Assembly (NCBI GenBank): GCA_041688385.1
Contig: JBDNIH010000127.1
Location: 1 to 59,295, forward strand
Direction: 5' to 3'
Length of the DNA: 59,295 nucleotides
Source of the DNA: Bacteroidia bacterium
GTDB lineage: Bacteria; Bacteroidota; Bacteroidia; UBA7662
This document shows positions 9,622-18,436 of this stretch, piece by piece. The number at the start of each line of letters is the position of its first letter. Position 1 is the first letter of the stretch. Under the pieces are notes generated by a model. The model saw nothing but the letters and a program-made list of their open reading frames with translations. It was not told where the DNA came from and ran no database searches. Both the position numbers and the translations under genes were made by a program.

Positions 9622-10113
9622 ATGTACGAGATTACGGTTAACGGCCAGCCCCATCAGTTGCATCGCGAAAACAATCACCTCTTCCTCAACGGAAAAGCGC
9701 TGACGCTCGATCTCGCCCGCATAGACGAAAATCGGATACACTTATTACTCAATAACCGCTCTTATACCGTCGAACTGATGAGTAGGGAAGCGAAAACCCT
9801 GGTGGTGCGTGTTAATGGCCAACGCTATGAGCTATTTTTACGTACCGAGCTCGACCTTATGCTCGAAAAACTTGGCCTCAATCAGCTCGCAGATTCAAAG
9901 GTAAACGAGGTAAAAGCACCTATGCCCGGTTTGGTGTTGCGTTTAATCGCAGAGGTTGGTCAGGAAGTAAAAAAAGGCGACCCGCTTTTGGTATTAGAAA
10001 GCATGAAGATGGAAAATGTACTCAAATCTCCGGGTGCAGGTATTGTGGATAAAGTACTGGTTTCTCCAGGAAATGCCGTGGAGAAGGGTCAGACCCTAGT
10101 CCGTTTCGGTTGA
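9622..10113 (+). CDS. biotin/lipoyl-attachment domain protein (biotin carboxyl carrier protein-like)
   Basis: 163 aa. The C-terminal part carries the biotinylation motif LESMKMENVL. Confidence 0.85.
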   Translation: MYEITVNGQPHQLHRENNHLFLNGKALTLDLARIDENRIHLLLNNRSYTVELMSREAKTLVVRVNGQRYELFLRTELDLMLEKLGLNQLADSKVNEVKAPMPGLVLRLIAEVGQEVKKGDPLLVLESMKMENVLKSPGAGIVDKVLVSPGNAVEKGQTLVRFG

Positions 10114-10196
10114 AAAAAGAATTTTTCAGGGTTTAGCTAAATGCCTAGTTTAGAATAACATAAGCATACCCGCTTTTATACCCTAAACCCTGTACT

Positions 10197-10559
10197 ATGA
10201 ACAAGCTTGACAAAATTGGCAAAATCATGTACGCCCTACCCTTTGGCGTATTTGGCCTCATGCACTTTATGGCTGGCGATCAGATGACCGGAATGTTACC
10301 CTCTTTCCTGCCCGGCGGCGTGTTTTGGATTTATCTCGCCGGTCTAGGTTTACTCGCAGCCTGTATTAGCATTCTAATTGGTAAAATGGAAAAAATGGCC
10401 ATGCTCCTTTTAGGTGTACTTATGCTCGTTTTTGTGTTAACTATTCATTTGCCTGGCGTAATAGCTGGCGGCGACGGCGCGCAAATGGCCATGGGAAGTT
10501 TGCTCAAGGATGTATCACTGGCAGGTGCCGCCTTCTATCTGTCAGGAAAAGCAGCCTGA
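10197..10559 (+). CDS. DoxX-family small membrane protein
   Basis: 120 aa with four predicted TM helices and a DoxX-like N-terminus. The family assignment is from memory. Confidence 0.7.
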   Translation: MNKLDKIGKIMYALPFGVFGLMHFMAGDQMTGMLPSFLPGGVFWIYLAGLGLLAACISILIGKMEKMAMLLLGVLMLVFVLTIHLPGVIAGGDGAQMAMGSLLKDVSLAGAAFYLSGKAA

Positions 10560-10577
10560 TCACTGCTTCAATCTACA

Positions 10578-10615
10578 AACCCCGTCCTTACAGTCGGGGC
10601 ATTGTTGTTTTATTA
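10578..10615 (+). terminator. weak candidate terminator after the DoxX gene
   Basis: CCCCG/CGGGG 5-bp stem with a 10-nt loop, followed by CATTGTTGTTTTATT. Confidence 0.35.
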
Positions 10616-10727
10616 AAGAAGCCGCGCCCTATGCCGTTGGGTTGAGGCGGATTTACTTCGGTAGTTCAAACCACGTGGCTCAAAAAATTTCGCTAGTCGT
10701 TTCGACGTAACACGACAGGTCAATAAG

Positions 10728-11378
10728 CTAGGACATTACCTCGAGCAATGGACTGCCATCGGTATGCCGTTGTTGCACCGGTGTTAGTGGGTGAAACAGA
10801 TATTGTTTCCCTGTACTTTTTTCCGTGCATAAAAAGCGTGTGCGTCGTATTTCACCCTTGATAAAATACCTTCTCTGGCGAGTCATAAACACGCTTTTTT
10901 CAGCTAATTCTTCCAAAAACCGGTAATTATCCCGGCCTTTATCGAATTGCGATAGGCTCCGCATCAGATCTGGATCTGCGCAACTTGATGCACGAGGGTT
11001 TTCGAAATAATCGTGTAATACCACCAACAAGTCTTCTGGAAAAACATCCTGCTGTAAATACGGCCGCATCAAAACAATAAACGCCCGCTTCCATTCACCG
11101 CCATGCGGCTTCACTCGGTTTTGATGTTGTTCCCAAACAGCCAAATGGGCAAATTCATGCACTAAAGTAACCAGAAAAGCATAAGGATTTAAAGTGCCGT
11201 TTACCGTAATACGGTGCCCTTTCCCCTGAAATGGGTGGCGGTAGTCGCCCAATTTCGTCGCCCTATTTCCGGTTACAGTTAGCTGAACCTTTTTTTCGAT
11301 GATATAAGCTACCGCCGGCACAAGCGCCGCCGCGGGCAAAAAAGGCAAAAGTGCGGTCCGAAGTCGCTGCTCAAGCAC
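10728..11378 (-). CDS. SprT-like zinc-metalloprotease domain protein
   Basis: 216 aa with the HEFAH motif (LVHEFAHLAVWEQH). It lies 9 nt downstream of feoB on the same strand. Confidence 0.7.
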   Translation of the reverse strand: MLEQRLRTALLPFLPAAALVPAVAYIIEKKVQLTVTGNRATKLGDYRHPFQGKGHRITVNGTLNPYAFLVTLVHEFAHLAVWEQHQNRVKPHGGEWKRAFIVLMRPYLQQDVFPEDLLVVLHDYFENPRASSCADPDLMRSLSQFDKGRDNYRFLEELAEKSVFMTRQRRYFIKGEIRRTRFLCTEKSTGKQYLFHPLTPVQQRHTDGSPLLEVMS

Positions 11379-11387
11379 CGGTTCAAC

Positions 11388-13490
11388 CTATTTAAGCAAC
11401 TGATAAACCAGCAAACTCCCCAAATAAGCGAGGCCGGTCATATAAACGAATTGCAATGCTGGCCACTTCCAGCTGCGGGTTTCTTTGTAGGTAATCGCCA
11501 GCGTACTCACACACTGCATGGCAAAAGCATAAAAAACGAGCAGCGAAAACGTTGTAGCCAAAGAATAAATCGGCAGACCCGTGGCGGGGTGTGTGTCTGC
11601 AAGCATTTTCTCTTTTAGGGTGGTTTCCTCAAAGTCTGCAGTTCCTAAGCTATAAATTGTCGCCATGGTGCCTACAAATACCTCTCGAGCAGCAAAACTC
11701 GTAATAATGGAGATGCCAATTTTCCAATCAAAACCAAGCGGAGCAATCGCCGGCTCAATAAACTTCCCTAAGGTACCCGCATAGCTGGCCGCAAGTTTAT
11801 CGTGCTCTAATTGATTGTCTAATTCCTGACTTGGATTCAGCATTGCTTCTTGTGCGTATTGGCTTTCGAGTCGCGTAAAAGCATCGCCTGGACCGAAACT
11901 AGACAAGGCCCACAGAATAATCGAAACCGCCAGGATCACCTTACCCGCACCAAATACAAAAGCCTTGGCCCGGTCAATGAGCGTCATACCAATATTGCCC
12001 CAACGCGGCAATTGATAGGCGGGCATCTCAAGCAAAAAATAAGAAGATGAGCGCTCCCGAATGAACCACTTCAAAACAAGGGCCACGCCGATAGCTGCGA
12101 AAAAGCTCATCAGGTAAAAACCCATCAATACCAGGCCCTGCAAACTAAATAGGCCCAAAACACGGTCGTCGGGCACACTCAAGCCAATTAACAAGGTATA
12201 CACTGGTAATCGGGCACTACAGCTCATCAGTGGTAAAACCATGATGGTTAGTATGCGCTCTTTCCAAGAATTGATGGTGCGCGTTGCCATAATGCTCGGC
12301 ACAGCACAAGCATAACCACCAATCAGTGGTACAATCGACTTACCACTGAGGCCAAACCTCCGCATCAACTGGTCCATCAGAAAACTTACCCTGGCCATAT
12401 AGCCGGTCTCTTCGAGCAGTGCGAGAAAAAAGAACAAAAGCACAATCTGTGGTACAAAAACGACCACACCGCCTAAGCCGGGTATGACACCGCTCACCAA
12501 CATATCGGTCAGCAGGCTTTCGGGTAAATATTGATTTGCTAGCCCTCCCAGGCCGTTAAAAAGCTTTTCAATCCACTCCATAGGCCAGCTCGCCCAAGCA
12601 AATATGGCCTGAAATATCAAAAACAGTATCCCTAAAAAGATGGTATATCCCCAAATTGGGTGCAATAATATTTTATCAATACGCTCGGAGCGCACATCTT
12701 CGCTCTTGTGGGATTTACGTTCAATCTGGGTCAGCAAACCAGCTATCTGCTGGTACCGTTCAACGGTTTCACGCGCTTGCAGTTGTTGAATATTAACCTC
12801 TTTTTTAGTAATCAACGCATCAATCCTGGCGTGTTCCTTCGCTTTAAGTTTATCGAGGTGATCGTGGTTACAGAGATAGATAAACGAACGATAACCCATT
12901 GGCTCACCGCTCATTTTCGACACCTCCTCAAGTACAGGTTGAATCTCTGAATTGGGCAGATAAAAGGGTAGACTCACCCGGGCACCTTGTTCAGCCAAGG
13001 CTTTTTTTAGTTCTTCCAGCCCACTTTCCTGGCGGGCATTGGTGGCAACAACCGGTATGCCAAGGATGCGTGCTAGCTCATCGGTATTTTGTTCAATTCC
13101 CCGCTTCTCGGCCATGTCGATTTTATTCAACACCAAAACCGAGGGCATGCCCAAGTCGATGATTTGCGTAATAAATAAAAGATGCCGACGGAGATTCGTT
13201 GCATCAGCGACTATCATCACCAGATCGGGATGCGCTGGGTTATCGGCATCCAGAAGTACATTAAAAGTGACTTTTTCGTCTTCGGAGCGCGGATATAAGC
13301 TGTAGGTACCAGGCAGATCTATTACTTCAGCGGTAAGCTGACTGTTCAGCGCAACACTCCCTGTTTTTTTATCGACCGTAACCCCTGGAAAATTGCCTAC
13401 TTTCTGATGCAGCCCAGTAAGCGCATTAAACAAGGAGGATTTGCCACTATTGGGATTGCCAACAAGTGCTATTTTGATTTGATTTTTCAC
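11388..13490 (-). CDS. feoB: ferrous iron transporter FeoB
   Basis: 700 aa. The N-terminal G domain has GNPNSGKSS, DLPG and NKID, followed by a polytopic membrane domain. The GTG start overlaps the feoA stop (GTGA). Confidence 0.95.
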   Translation of the reverse strand: MKNQIKIALVGNPNSGKSSLFNALTGLHQKVGNFPGVTVDKKTGSVALNSQLTAEVIDLPGTYSLYPRSEDEKVTFNVLLDADNPAHPDLVMIVADATNLRRHLLFITQIIDLGMPSVLVLNKIDMAEKRGIEQNTDELARILGIPVVATNARQESGLEELKKALAEQGARVSLPFYLPNSEIQPVLEEVSKMSGEPMGYRSFIYLCNHDHLDKLKAKEHARIDALITKKEVNIQQLQARETVERYQQIAGLLTQIERKSHKSEDVRSERIDKILLHPIWGYTIFLGILFLIFQAIFAWASWPMEWIEKLFNGLGGLANQYLPESLLTDMLVSGVIPGLGGVVVFVPQIVLLFFFLALLEETGYMARVSFLMDQLMRRFGLSGKSIVPLIGGYACAVPSIMATRTINSWKERILTIMVLPLMSCSARLPVYTLLIGLSVPDDRVLGLFSLQGLVLMGFYLMSFFAAIGVALVLKWFIRERSSSYFLLEMPAYQLPRWGNIGMTLIDRAKAFVFGAGKVILAVSIILWALSSFGPGDAFTRLESQYAQEAMLNPSQELDNQLEHDKLAASYAGTLGKFIEPAIAPLGFDWKIGISIITSFAAREVFVGTMATIYSLGTADFEETTLKEKMLADTHPATGLPIYSLATTFSLLVFYAFAMQCVSTLAITYKETRSWKWPALQFVYMTGLAYLGSLLVYQLLK

Positions 13491-13726
13491 AGAAAAGGCG
13501 ATTTCGGTAGCAGCTCCACTTCTATGGCGTCGGCTTCATCGCGCCGGAGTGCCAGTTCATACCCCAAAATCTGAATCGCCATCGGGTCGCCGAATGGAGC
13601 GATACGGCGCACCTTGAGTCTTTCGCCGGGCAAACACCCCATCTCCAGCAATTTATTCGCAATAGGGTGTTTTCCCAAAGCTTTGATCTGGGCATAATCT
13701 CCGGCTCTTAATTGACTTAGCTTCAC
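13487..13726 (-). CDS. feoA: FeoA family protein
   Basis: 79 aa SH3-like FeoA sequence (LEMGCLPGERLKV), GTG start, coupled to feoB. Confidence 0.85.
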   Translation of the reverse strand: MKLSQLRAGDYAQIKALGKHPIANKLLEMGCLPGERLKVRRIAPFGDPMAIQILGYELALRRDEADAIEVELLPKSPFL

Positions 13727-13737
13727 GCCTATTTAGA

Positions 13738-13751
13738 TTGTTTATAAACAA
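13738..13751. promoter_or_regulatory. perfect 14-bp palindrome TTGTTTATAAACAA; candidate operator of feoAB
   Basis: Lies 12 nt upstream of the feoA start, directly downstream of a TAACTTTG -7 box. Confidence 0.4.
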
Positions 13752-13753
13752 CG

Positions 13754-13761
13754 CAAAGTTA
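13754..13761 (-). promoter_or_regulatory. candidate -7 box TAACTTTG for feoAB
   Basis: Exact TAnnTTTG match on the minus strand, with TTTC 19 nt upstream as a -33-like element. Confidence 0.4.
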
Positions 13762-13928
13762 GAGCAACTTCGCGATATCCGAAATGTTATCAGACTTTTT
13801 TGTCCGTTTTTTCACTGGTAGTCGTTTCTTGTCCGAAAGAAGGACAATCACAACCCCTTTTAGAGGCGCAAGAGGCAAGAAACAAACACAACAAGGCGAA
13901 AAGGGTAGTAGTTTTACGGCAATGTAAC

Positions 13929-15068
13929 ATGGGCATAAAGCTAAGTAATTATGCAGATGTGAGATTTACTATTGTGATACAAAAATCAAAGAAAACAGTC
14001 TTATTTGCTGCGCTCGATTGGGGTTTAGGTCACGCCACCCGCTGTATTCCGCTAATCGACGCATTAATTGAACTTGGGCATACGCCTATTTTGGCGAGTT
14101 CAGGTCATGCCCTTCAATTCTGGAAAAATTATTATCCCAGCCTTCAATTTGTTACCTTATCGTCACTAGATGTGCGCTATAATGGCACGGCTTGGTGGTC
14201 GGCACTCCTTCAAAGCCCCTTTATGATTCGTCGCTTAATGGTAGACGACAAAAAATTACTCAAACAATACCTTAAAAACAATACTGTTGATTTTATTGTA
14301 AGCGATAACCGCTATGGCTGTACTTATCCTGGCATTAAAGCCGTATTGTTAAGCAATCAACTTGATTTATTACCCCCTCAAAATTGGAGCGGTTTACCTG
14401 CCCTGAGCTGGAAAATTATTTGGCGCTCTGCCTTTCGCGGCTTTGCAGCCCCATTTCAGGAGCTTTGGCTACCCGAATTTGAAGACGAAACTTTGCAGCT
14501 GTCAAAAGCAATGCTTTACAACCCCACCAAAAAGCCAGTTAGATATATTGGGCTCGTTACCCGACTTGCTGTAGAAACGCCCACATATATCAAAAAAGGG
14601 ACTTTATTATTATTAAGTGGGCCCGAACCCCAGCGCACTGAACTCGAGCGCCTACTTTTAGCGCAAACCCATCTTTTCCCCCCTCCATTAACACTCGTTA
14701 GGGGCAACAACACCGCAAAAAATCTCGCACCTAATGAAAAGGTGAACATCCTTCCAGAAATAACCGACCCAAAAGAACTTACACAACTTATAAAACAACA
14801 CAAATACGTTGTTTGTCGGCCCGGACATAGCACTTTAAGTGATTTATATTATTGCGGGGCACATTTTGGGGTCATAAGCACGCCAGGACAACCCGAACAA
14901 GAATACCTTGCTCAACGGATTACTTCTATGGGTATAGCTCCAAATCAAGAACAAAAAAACATAAATGTAACCCGACTCATTGCGGATATAGATAAATTCA
15001 CTGGATTTAAAGGCAAAAACCAGCGGTCGCTTACCGAGCTTTGGACTAACGTATTGAATTCGCTCTAA
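13929..15068 (+). CDS. GT-B fold glycosyltransferase (GT28/MurG-like, MJ1255-type)
   Basis: The N-terminal VLFAALDWGLGHATRCIPLIDAL is typical of this family. The ATG at 13929 is chosen; the ORF-track start at 13800 is a TTG. The true start could be slightly further downstream. Confidence 0.72.
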   Translation: MGIKLSNYADVRFTIVIQKSKKTVLFAALDWGLGHATRCIPLIDALIELGHTPILASSGHALQFWKNYYPSLQFVTLSSLDVRYNGTAWWSALLQSPFMIRRLMVDDKKLLKQYLKNNTVDFIVSDNRYGCTYPGIKAVLLSNQLDLLPPQNWSGLPALSWKIIWRSAFRGFAAPFQELWLPEFEDETLQLSKAMLYNPTKKPVRYIGLVTRLAVETPTYIKKGTLLLLSGPEPQRTELERLLLAQTHLFPPPLTLVRGNNTAKNLAPNEKVNILPEITDPKELTQLIKQHKYVVCRPGHSTLSDLYYCGAHFGVISTPGQPEQEYLAQRITSMGIAPNQEQKNINVTRLIADIDKFTGFKGKNQRSLTELWTNVLNSL

Positions 15069-15070
15069 AT

Positions 15071-16381
15071 ATGATACTCGTTTACAGCGACCGCTATTCT
15101 AGTCGGCTCCGTTACAGCCTCGACTTCATCTTCCAAACCATGCTCGGAACAGCTTACCAGCTGACCCAAGATGAAGTCGCATTTCAAAAAGCCACAGGCC
15201 CGCGATTGATTTATTCCGCCAACCCGCAATTAGAGGAAGGAGCAATCAGCATACGTGCCGTTGAATTGCTTTTCGAAAAAGGATTAAAAGATCAGCAAAT
15301 AACCATTGGTCAGCACAATGATCTTAAAACCTTGTTCCGTACAAGCAAAAGATATAGTTTGCCTTACGATATATTCGCAGCTGTATTTTATCTCGTCTCG
15401 CGCTACGAAGAATATCTTCCACACCGCAGCGACGAACACGATCGCTTTTTGCATACCGAAAGCATTGCTTGGCGAGAAGGGTTTTTAGAAACCGCCATCG
15501 TTGACCGTTGGGTTGGACAATTGCGCAATTTACTTAATGAACGCTGGCCAGAATTGGGCTTACAACCGAATAGCTACCGTTTTGAGCCTACCATCGACAT
15601 TGATCAGCTCTACGCTTACCGCCAAAAAAACTGGACAAGGTTGTTCGGTGGACTGATTAGCGACCTACAAAAGGGTCGTTGGCTATCCTTTCGCCGCCGT
15701 TTACGTGTGCTCAGTGGTGGTGAACCCGACCCCTTCGACACCTACGGCTGGCTCAATGCTCAGCACCATGAAAACGAAGCTGAACCCATCTATTTTGTGC
15801 TCATGGGCGATTATGGCTTACTCGACAATGCACACAACCCACACAATGAACATTTCAGGGAACATATTCGCACGCTCGCCGACCGCAATCTTATTGGTTT
15901 GCACCCCAGCGTCCGCTCAACAGAAGACCAGACATTAATCGATCGAGAAAAAAAGCTGCTTGAGCAGATACTCAGCCGACCAGTAAGTCTTAGTCGGCAA
16001 CATTTTCTGAAACTCCGGTTGCCACAAACCTATCAGCAGCTTGTTAAACGAGACTTTGCCGCAGATTACAGCATGGGTTATGCCGCCGTTCCAGGCTTTC
16101 GTTCAGGCACCGCCACACCACATTTTTTCTACGATCTAGACCACGAGAGTCCCATTAAACTCAAAATATACCCCACCATTGTTATGGATGTTAGCCTCCG
16201 CGTGTATTTGCAGCTATCGCCCGAACAAGCCACTCAAAAAATCAGAGATCTTATTGGGGAATGCAAAGACGTAGGGGGCTGTTTTGTGAGCTTGTGGCAC
16301 AATAGCAGCTTTTCTGAGCCCGATGGTTGGTACGGATGGAAGGCGGTTTACAGCACCTTATTAACCGAAGCCAAAGCATGA
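15071..16381 (+). CDS. polysaccharide deacetylase-like (CE4/NodB-related) protein with an extra N-terminal domain
   Basis: 436 aa with candidate metal/catalytic motifs PTIDID, GLHPS, SRQHFL and GFRSG. It starts 2 nt after the preceding stop. The family call is from motif memory only. Confidence 0.55.
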   Translation: MILVYSDRYSSRLRYSLDFIFQTMLGTAYQLTQDEVAFQKATGPRLIYSANPQLEEGAISIRAVELLFEKGLKDQQITIGQHNDLKTLFRTSKRYSLPYDIFAAVFYLVSRYEEYLPHRSDEHDRFLHTESIAWREGFLETAIVDRWVGQLRNLLNERWPELGLQPNSYRFEPTIDIDQLYAYRQKNWTRLFGGLISDLQKGRWLSFRRRLRVLSGGEPDPFDTYGWLNAQHHENEAEPIYFVLMGDYGLLDNAHNPHNEHFREHIRTLADRNLIGLHPSVRSTEDQTLIDREKKLLEQILSRPVSLSRQHFLKLRLPQTYQQLVKRDFAADYSMGYAAVPGFRSGTATPHFFYDLDHESPIKLKIYPTIVMDVSLRVYLQLSPEQATQKIRDLIGECKDVGGCFVSLWHNSSFSEPDGWYGWKAVYSTLLTEAKA

Positions 16382-17286
16382 AACAGGTTGAAAAAGAGAC
16401 AAATACATCGATTCAAGCACAATTTGCCCTTTTACTAGCGCAAAAAAAGAGCTACAGCCCTTATCTCCATCCGGATTACCTACAGACACTTACGCCGAAC
16501 TGGCAACCGTTTCAATCTGGAGCATATTTATTTCCATTGGCGCCCCGCTCCTTGGCCCATTTAAAGCTGCTAGAACAACCTTTACTTATCCAACATTTTG
16601 CTTTGGTTGGCGCCAAAACACCGCTTTCAGTAGATTATACTGCTTTATTAAACGCACTCAGCGCCAAATTCCATTATATCGACCTCTGTCTTGATACTGC
16701 AGCCTTCCCCTTGCCGGCAGGGTGGAAAAGCCAAGAGCGCGTTACCTATCGTTTAGCTTTACCTGAAAGTCCACAGCTACTCCGGGGAGCATATAGTCAA
16801 CACCTCAAGCGCATATTAAAAAAATCAAGCGCCCTGAGTATCTCCAAGGATGTAAGCATCGAGACGTTTATGCCCTTTCTGCGGCAGCATTTATCCAACA
16901 AAATAAAACTACCCGCCTCCTTTTATAATAAAGCAGAAGAACTACTCAGAAATCCAGTCTTACAGTGGCAAATCTGCGGCGCCTATTCTGGAGCATCTCT
17001 AGTAGCAGCCTGCGCCATTTTTTGTCATGGACAGCAGCGCTATTACCAATTAGCAGTCAATGCGCCTGCAGCTAAAGAACTTAACGCCATGCACCAACTA
17101 TTAGATCGGCTTTTGGTCGACTGGTGCGGTCAAGAGATTATTTTCGACTTTGAAGGATCTATGATTGCCGGATTACAGCGTTTTTACGGCGGTTTCGGCG
17201 CAAAGCCTTATATTTATACGAGGGTGAGCTACAGCAAGCTACCTTGGCCGCTAAGTCTTTGGAAACATGGTATACGATCTGAGTAA
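16378..17286 (+). CDS. FemAB-like / BioF2-like GNAT-fold acyl(aminoacyl)transferase
   Basis: The C-terminal IIFDFEGS...GLQRFYGGFGAKP resembles the FemAB/Acetyltransf_6 signature. The ATG at 16378 overlaps the upstream stop (ATGA). Confidence 0.55.
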   Translation: MKQVEKETNTSIQAQFALLLAQKKSYSPYLHPDYLQTLTPNWQPFQSGAYLFPLAPRSLAHLKLLEQPLLIQHFALVGAKTPLSVDYTALLNALSAKFHYIDLCLDTAAFPLPAGWKSQERVTYRLALPESPQLLRGAYSQHLKRILKKSSALSISKDVSIETFMPFLRQHLSNKIKLPASFYNKAEELLRNPVLQWQICGAYSGASLVAACAIFCHGQQRYYQLAVNAPAAKELNAMHQLLDRLLVDWCGQEIIFDFEGSMIAGLQRFYGGFGAKPYIYTRVSYSKLPWPLSLWKHGIRSE

Positions 17287-17911
17287 ACAACCTTCTGTGC
17301 TCCGTCATTTTGTGGCCGAGATTCGCGACAAAAACACTCAGCAGGACCGCATGCGCTTCAGGCGCAACCTTGAACGTATCGGAGAGGTGTGTGGCTACGA
17401 GTTGAGTAAGCTGTTGCAATACGAAAACACCATTGTCAAAACACCACTGGGTGAGGCCCAAGAGCAATTATTGCCTGAGCAGCCGGTTTTGGCCACCATC
17501 CTTCGGGCAGGATTACCGCTTCACCAAGGTTTACTCAACTATTTTGATGGTGCAGATAATGCTTTCATTTCCGCTTATCGATACCACCACAAAGACCACA
17601 CGTTTGAAGTCAAGGTAGAATACGCCTCTTGCCCCCCACTTGATGGCCGCATACTCATCCTCAGCGACCCCATGATAGCGACAGGCACTTCCCTCGTGCT
17701 GAGCTTTAGAGAGCTGCTCAAATTTGGCACCCCATCCCAGGTTTTTGTGGTGACGGCTATCGCTTCTGAGCAAGGTGTAAACTATGTGTGCAAACACATG
17801 CCTCAAGCCAAAATTTTCGCTGCTGCCATCGATAAGGAGCTCACCGCTAAAGCGTATATCGTTCCTGGCTTGGGAGATGCGGGAGACTTGGCGTTTGGGG
17901 AGAAGAAATAA
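17267..17911 (+). CDS. upp: uracil phosphoribosyltransferase
   Basis: 214 aa. The PRPP-binding loop ILSDPMIATGTS and the C-terminal PGLGDAGD are present. It overlaps the upstream gene by 20 nt. Confidence 0.92.
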   Translation: MVYDLSKQPSVLRHFVAEIRDKNTQQDRMRFRRNLERIGEVCGYELSKLLQYENTIVKTPLGEAQEQLLPEQPVLATILRAGLPLHQGLLNYFDGADNAFISAYRYHHKDHTFEVKVEYASCPPLDGRILILSDPMIATGTSLVLSFRELLKFGTPSQVFVVTAIASEQGVNYVCKHMPQAKIFAAAIDKELTAKAYIVPGLGDAGDLAFGEKK

Positions 17912-18100
17912 TCTTCAAGGCGCATACTGCTACAGCGAGTCCTTGCGCTTATGTTATACGGACTGTACACAACAGTGTCAGTGAACAGGTCACACTTCGT
18001 ATGAAAAGAAATTCACGAGTCCAATAACAGCAGTAATTAAAAAGCGCACCGTTTTTTTAATCAACCCCAGATTTATAGGAACAAGTAAAAATAATTTGAC

Positions 18101-18136
18101 AAAAAAAAGCCCAAATCGTTATGATTCGAGCTTTTT
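18101..18136 (-). terminator. rho-independent terminator of the small secreted-protein gene
   Basis: Minus-strand RNA GCUCGAAUC-AUAAC-GAUUUGGGC forms 9 bp including two G-U pairs, followed by UUUUUUUU. Confidence 0.7.
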
Positions 18137-18153
18137 ACGAAGGAATTAAACTA

Positions 18154-18357
18154 TTAGTCTTTTATAATCGCCGGTTTAGCGGCTTCAGTTGCCGGCTTTT
18201 TGCTGCAGCAGGATTTAACTTCTGAACAGCCTTCCTTTTTATCGGTTTGTTCCGTTTTGGCTTTCTCTCTAGATTTTTTCTTTTTGTCGCCTACATTGGC
18301 GCTGGCCACTGCAGTTACGGTGGCCATTAAGGCAAGCGTAAGAAGTATTTTTTTCAT
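18154..18357 (-). CDS. small secreted Lys-rich protein with a C-x5-CC motif (hypothetical)
   Basis: 67 aa. The signal peptide is MKKILLTLALMATVTAVASA. The mature part is KKKKSREKAK...CSEVKSCCSKK. The gene has its own terminator. Confidence 0.55.
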   Translation of the reverse strand: MKKILLTLALMATVTAVASANVGDKKKKSREKAKTEQTDKKEGCSEVKSCCSKKPATEAAKPAIIKD

Positions 18358-18436
18358 GATAGTCAGTGCTTTATAAAATTTATTACACGAATATAAGAAA
18401 GCTTAAGAACTTTGGATGCAACTGTCCGTTTTATTT

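Noticed and set aside
10044-10052. Isolated perfect DnaA box (TGTGGATAA) inside the BCCP-like CDS
   Set aside because: It is a single copy within coding sequence (codons for I-V-D-K) with no neighbouring boxes. That is compatible with the roughly 0.45 chance occurrences expected per window.
10640-10690. tRNA-like fragment (GGTAGTTCAAACC) in the DoxX-SprT spacer
   Set aside because: There is no complementary acceptor stem, no D-arm or anticodon-arm arrangement, and the T-loop consensus GTTCGAATC/GTTCAAATC is not met.
13800-13928. N-terminal extensions given by the ORF track, starting at TTG or GTG codons. They are 13800 (GT), 2006 (pnuC), 6991 (rimP), 9528 (aminopeptidase), 28632 (DUF4175-like) and 31226 (amidase). 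The rest are 35791 (yicC), 37429 (OMP), 40992 (recX), 48492 (wzx-like) and 59264 (ATL).
   Set aside because: In each case an internal ATG gives the canonical family N-terminus or a proper signal peptide and removes implausible overlaps. The extensions look like non-coding sequence read in frame.
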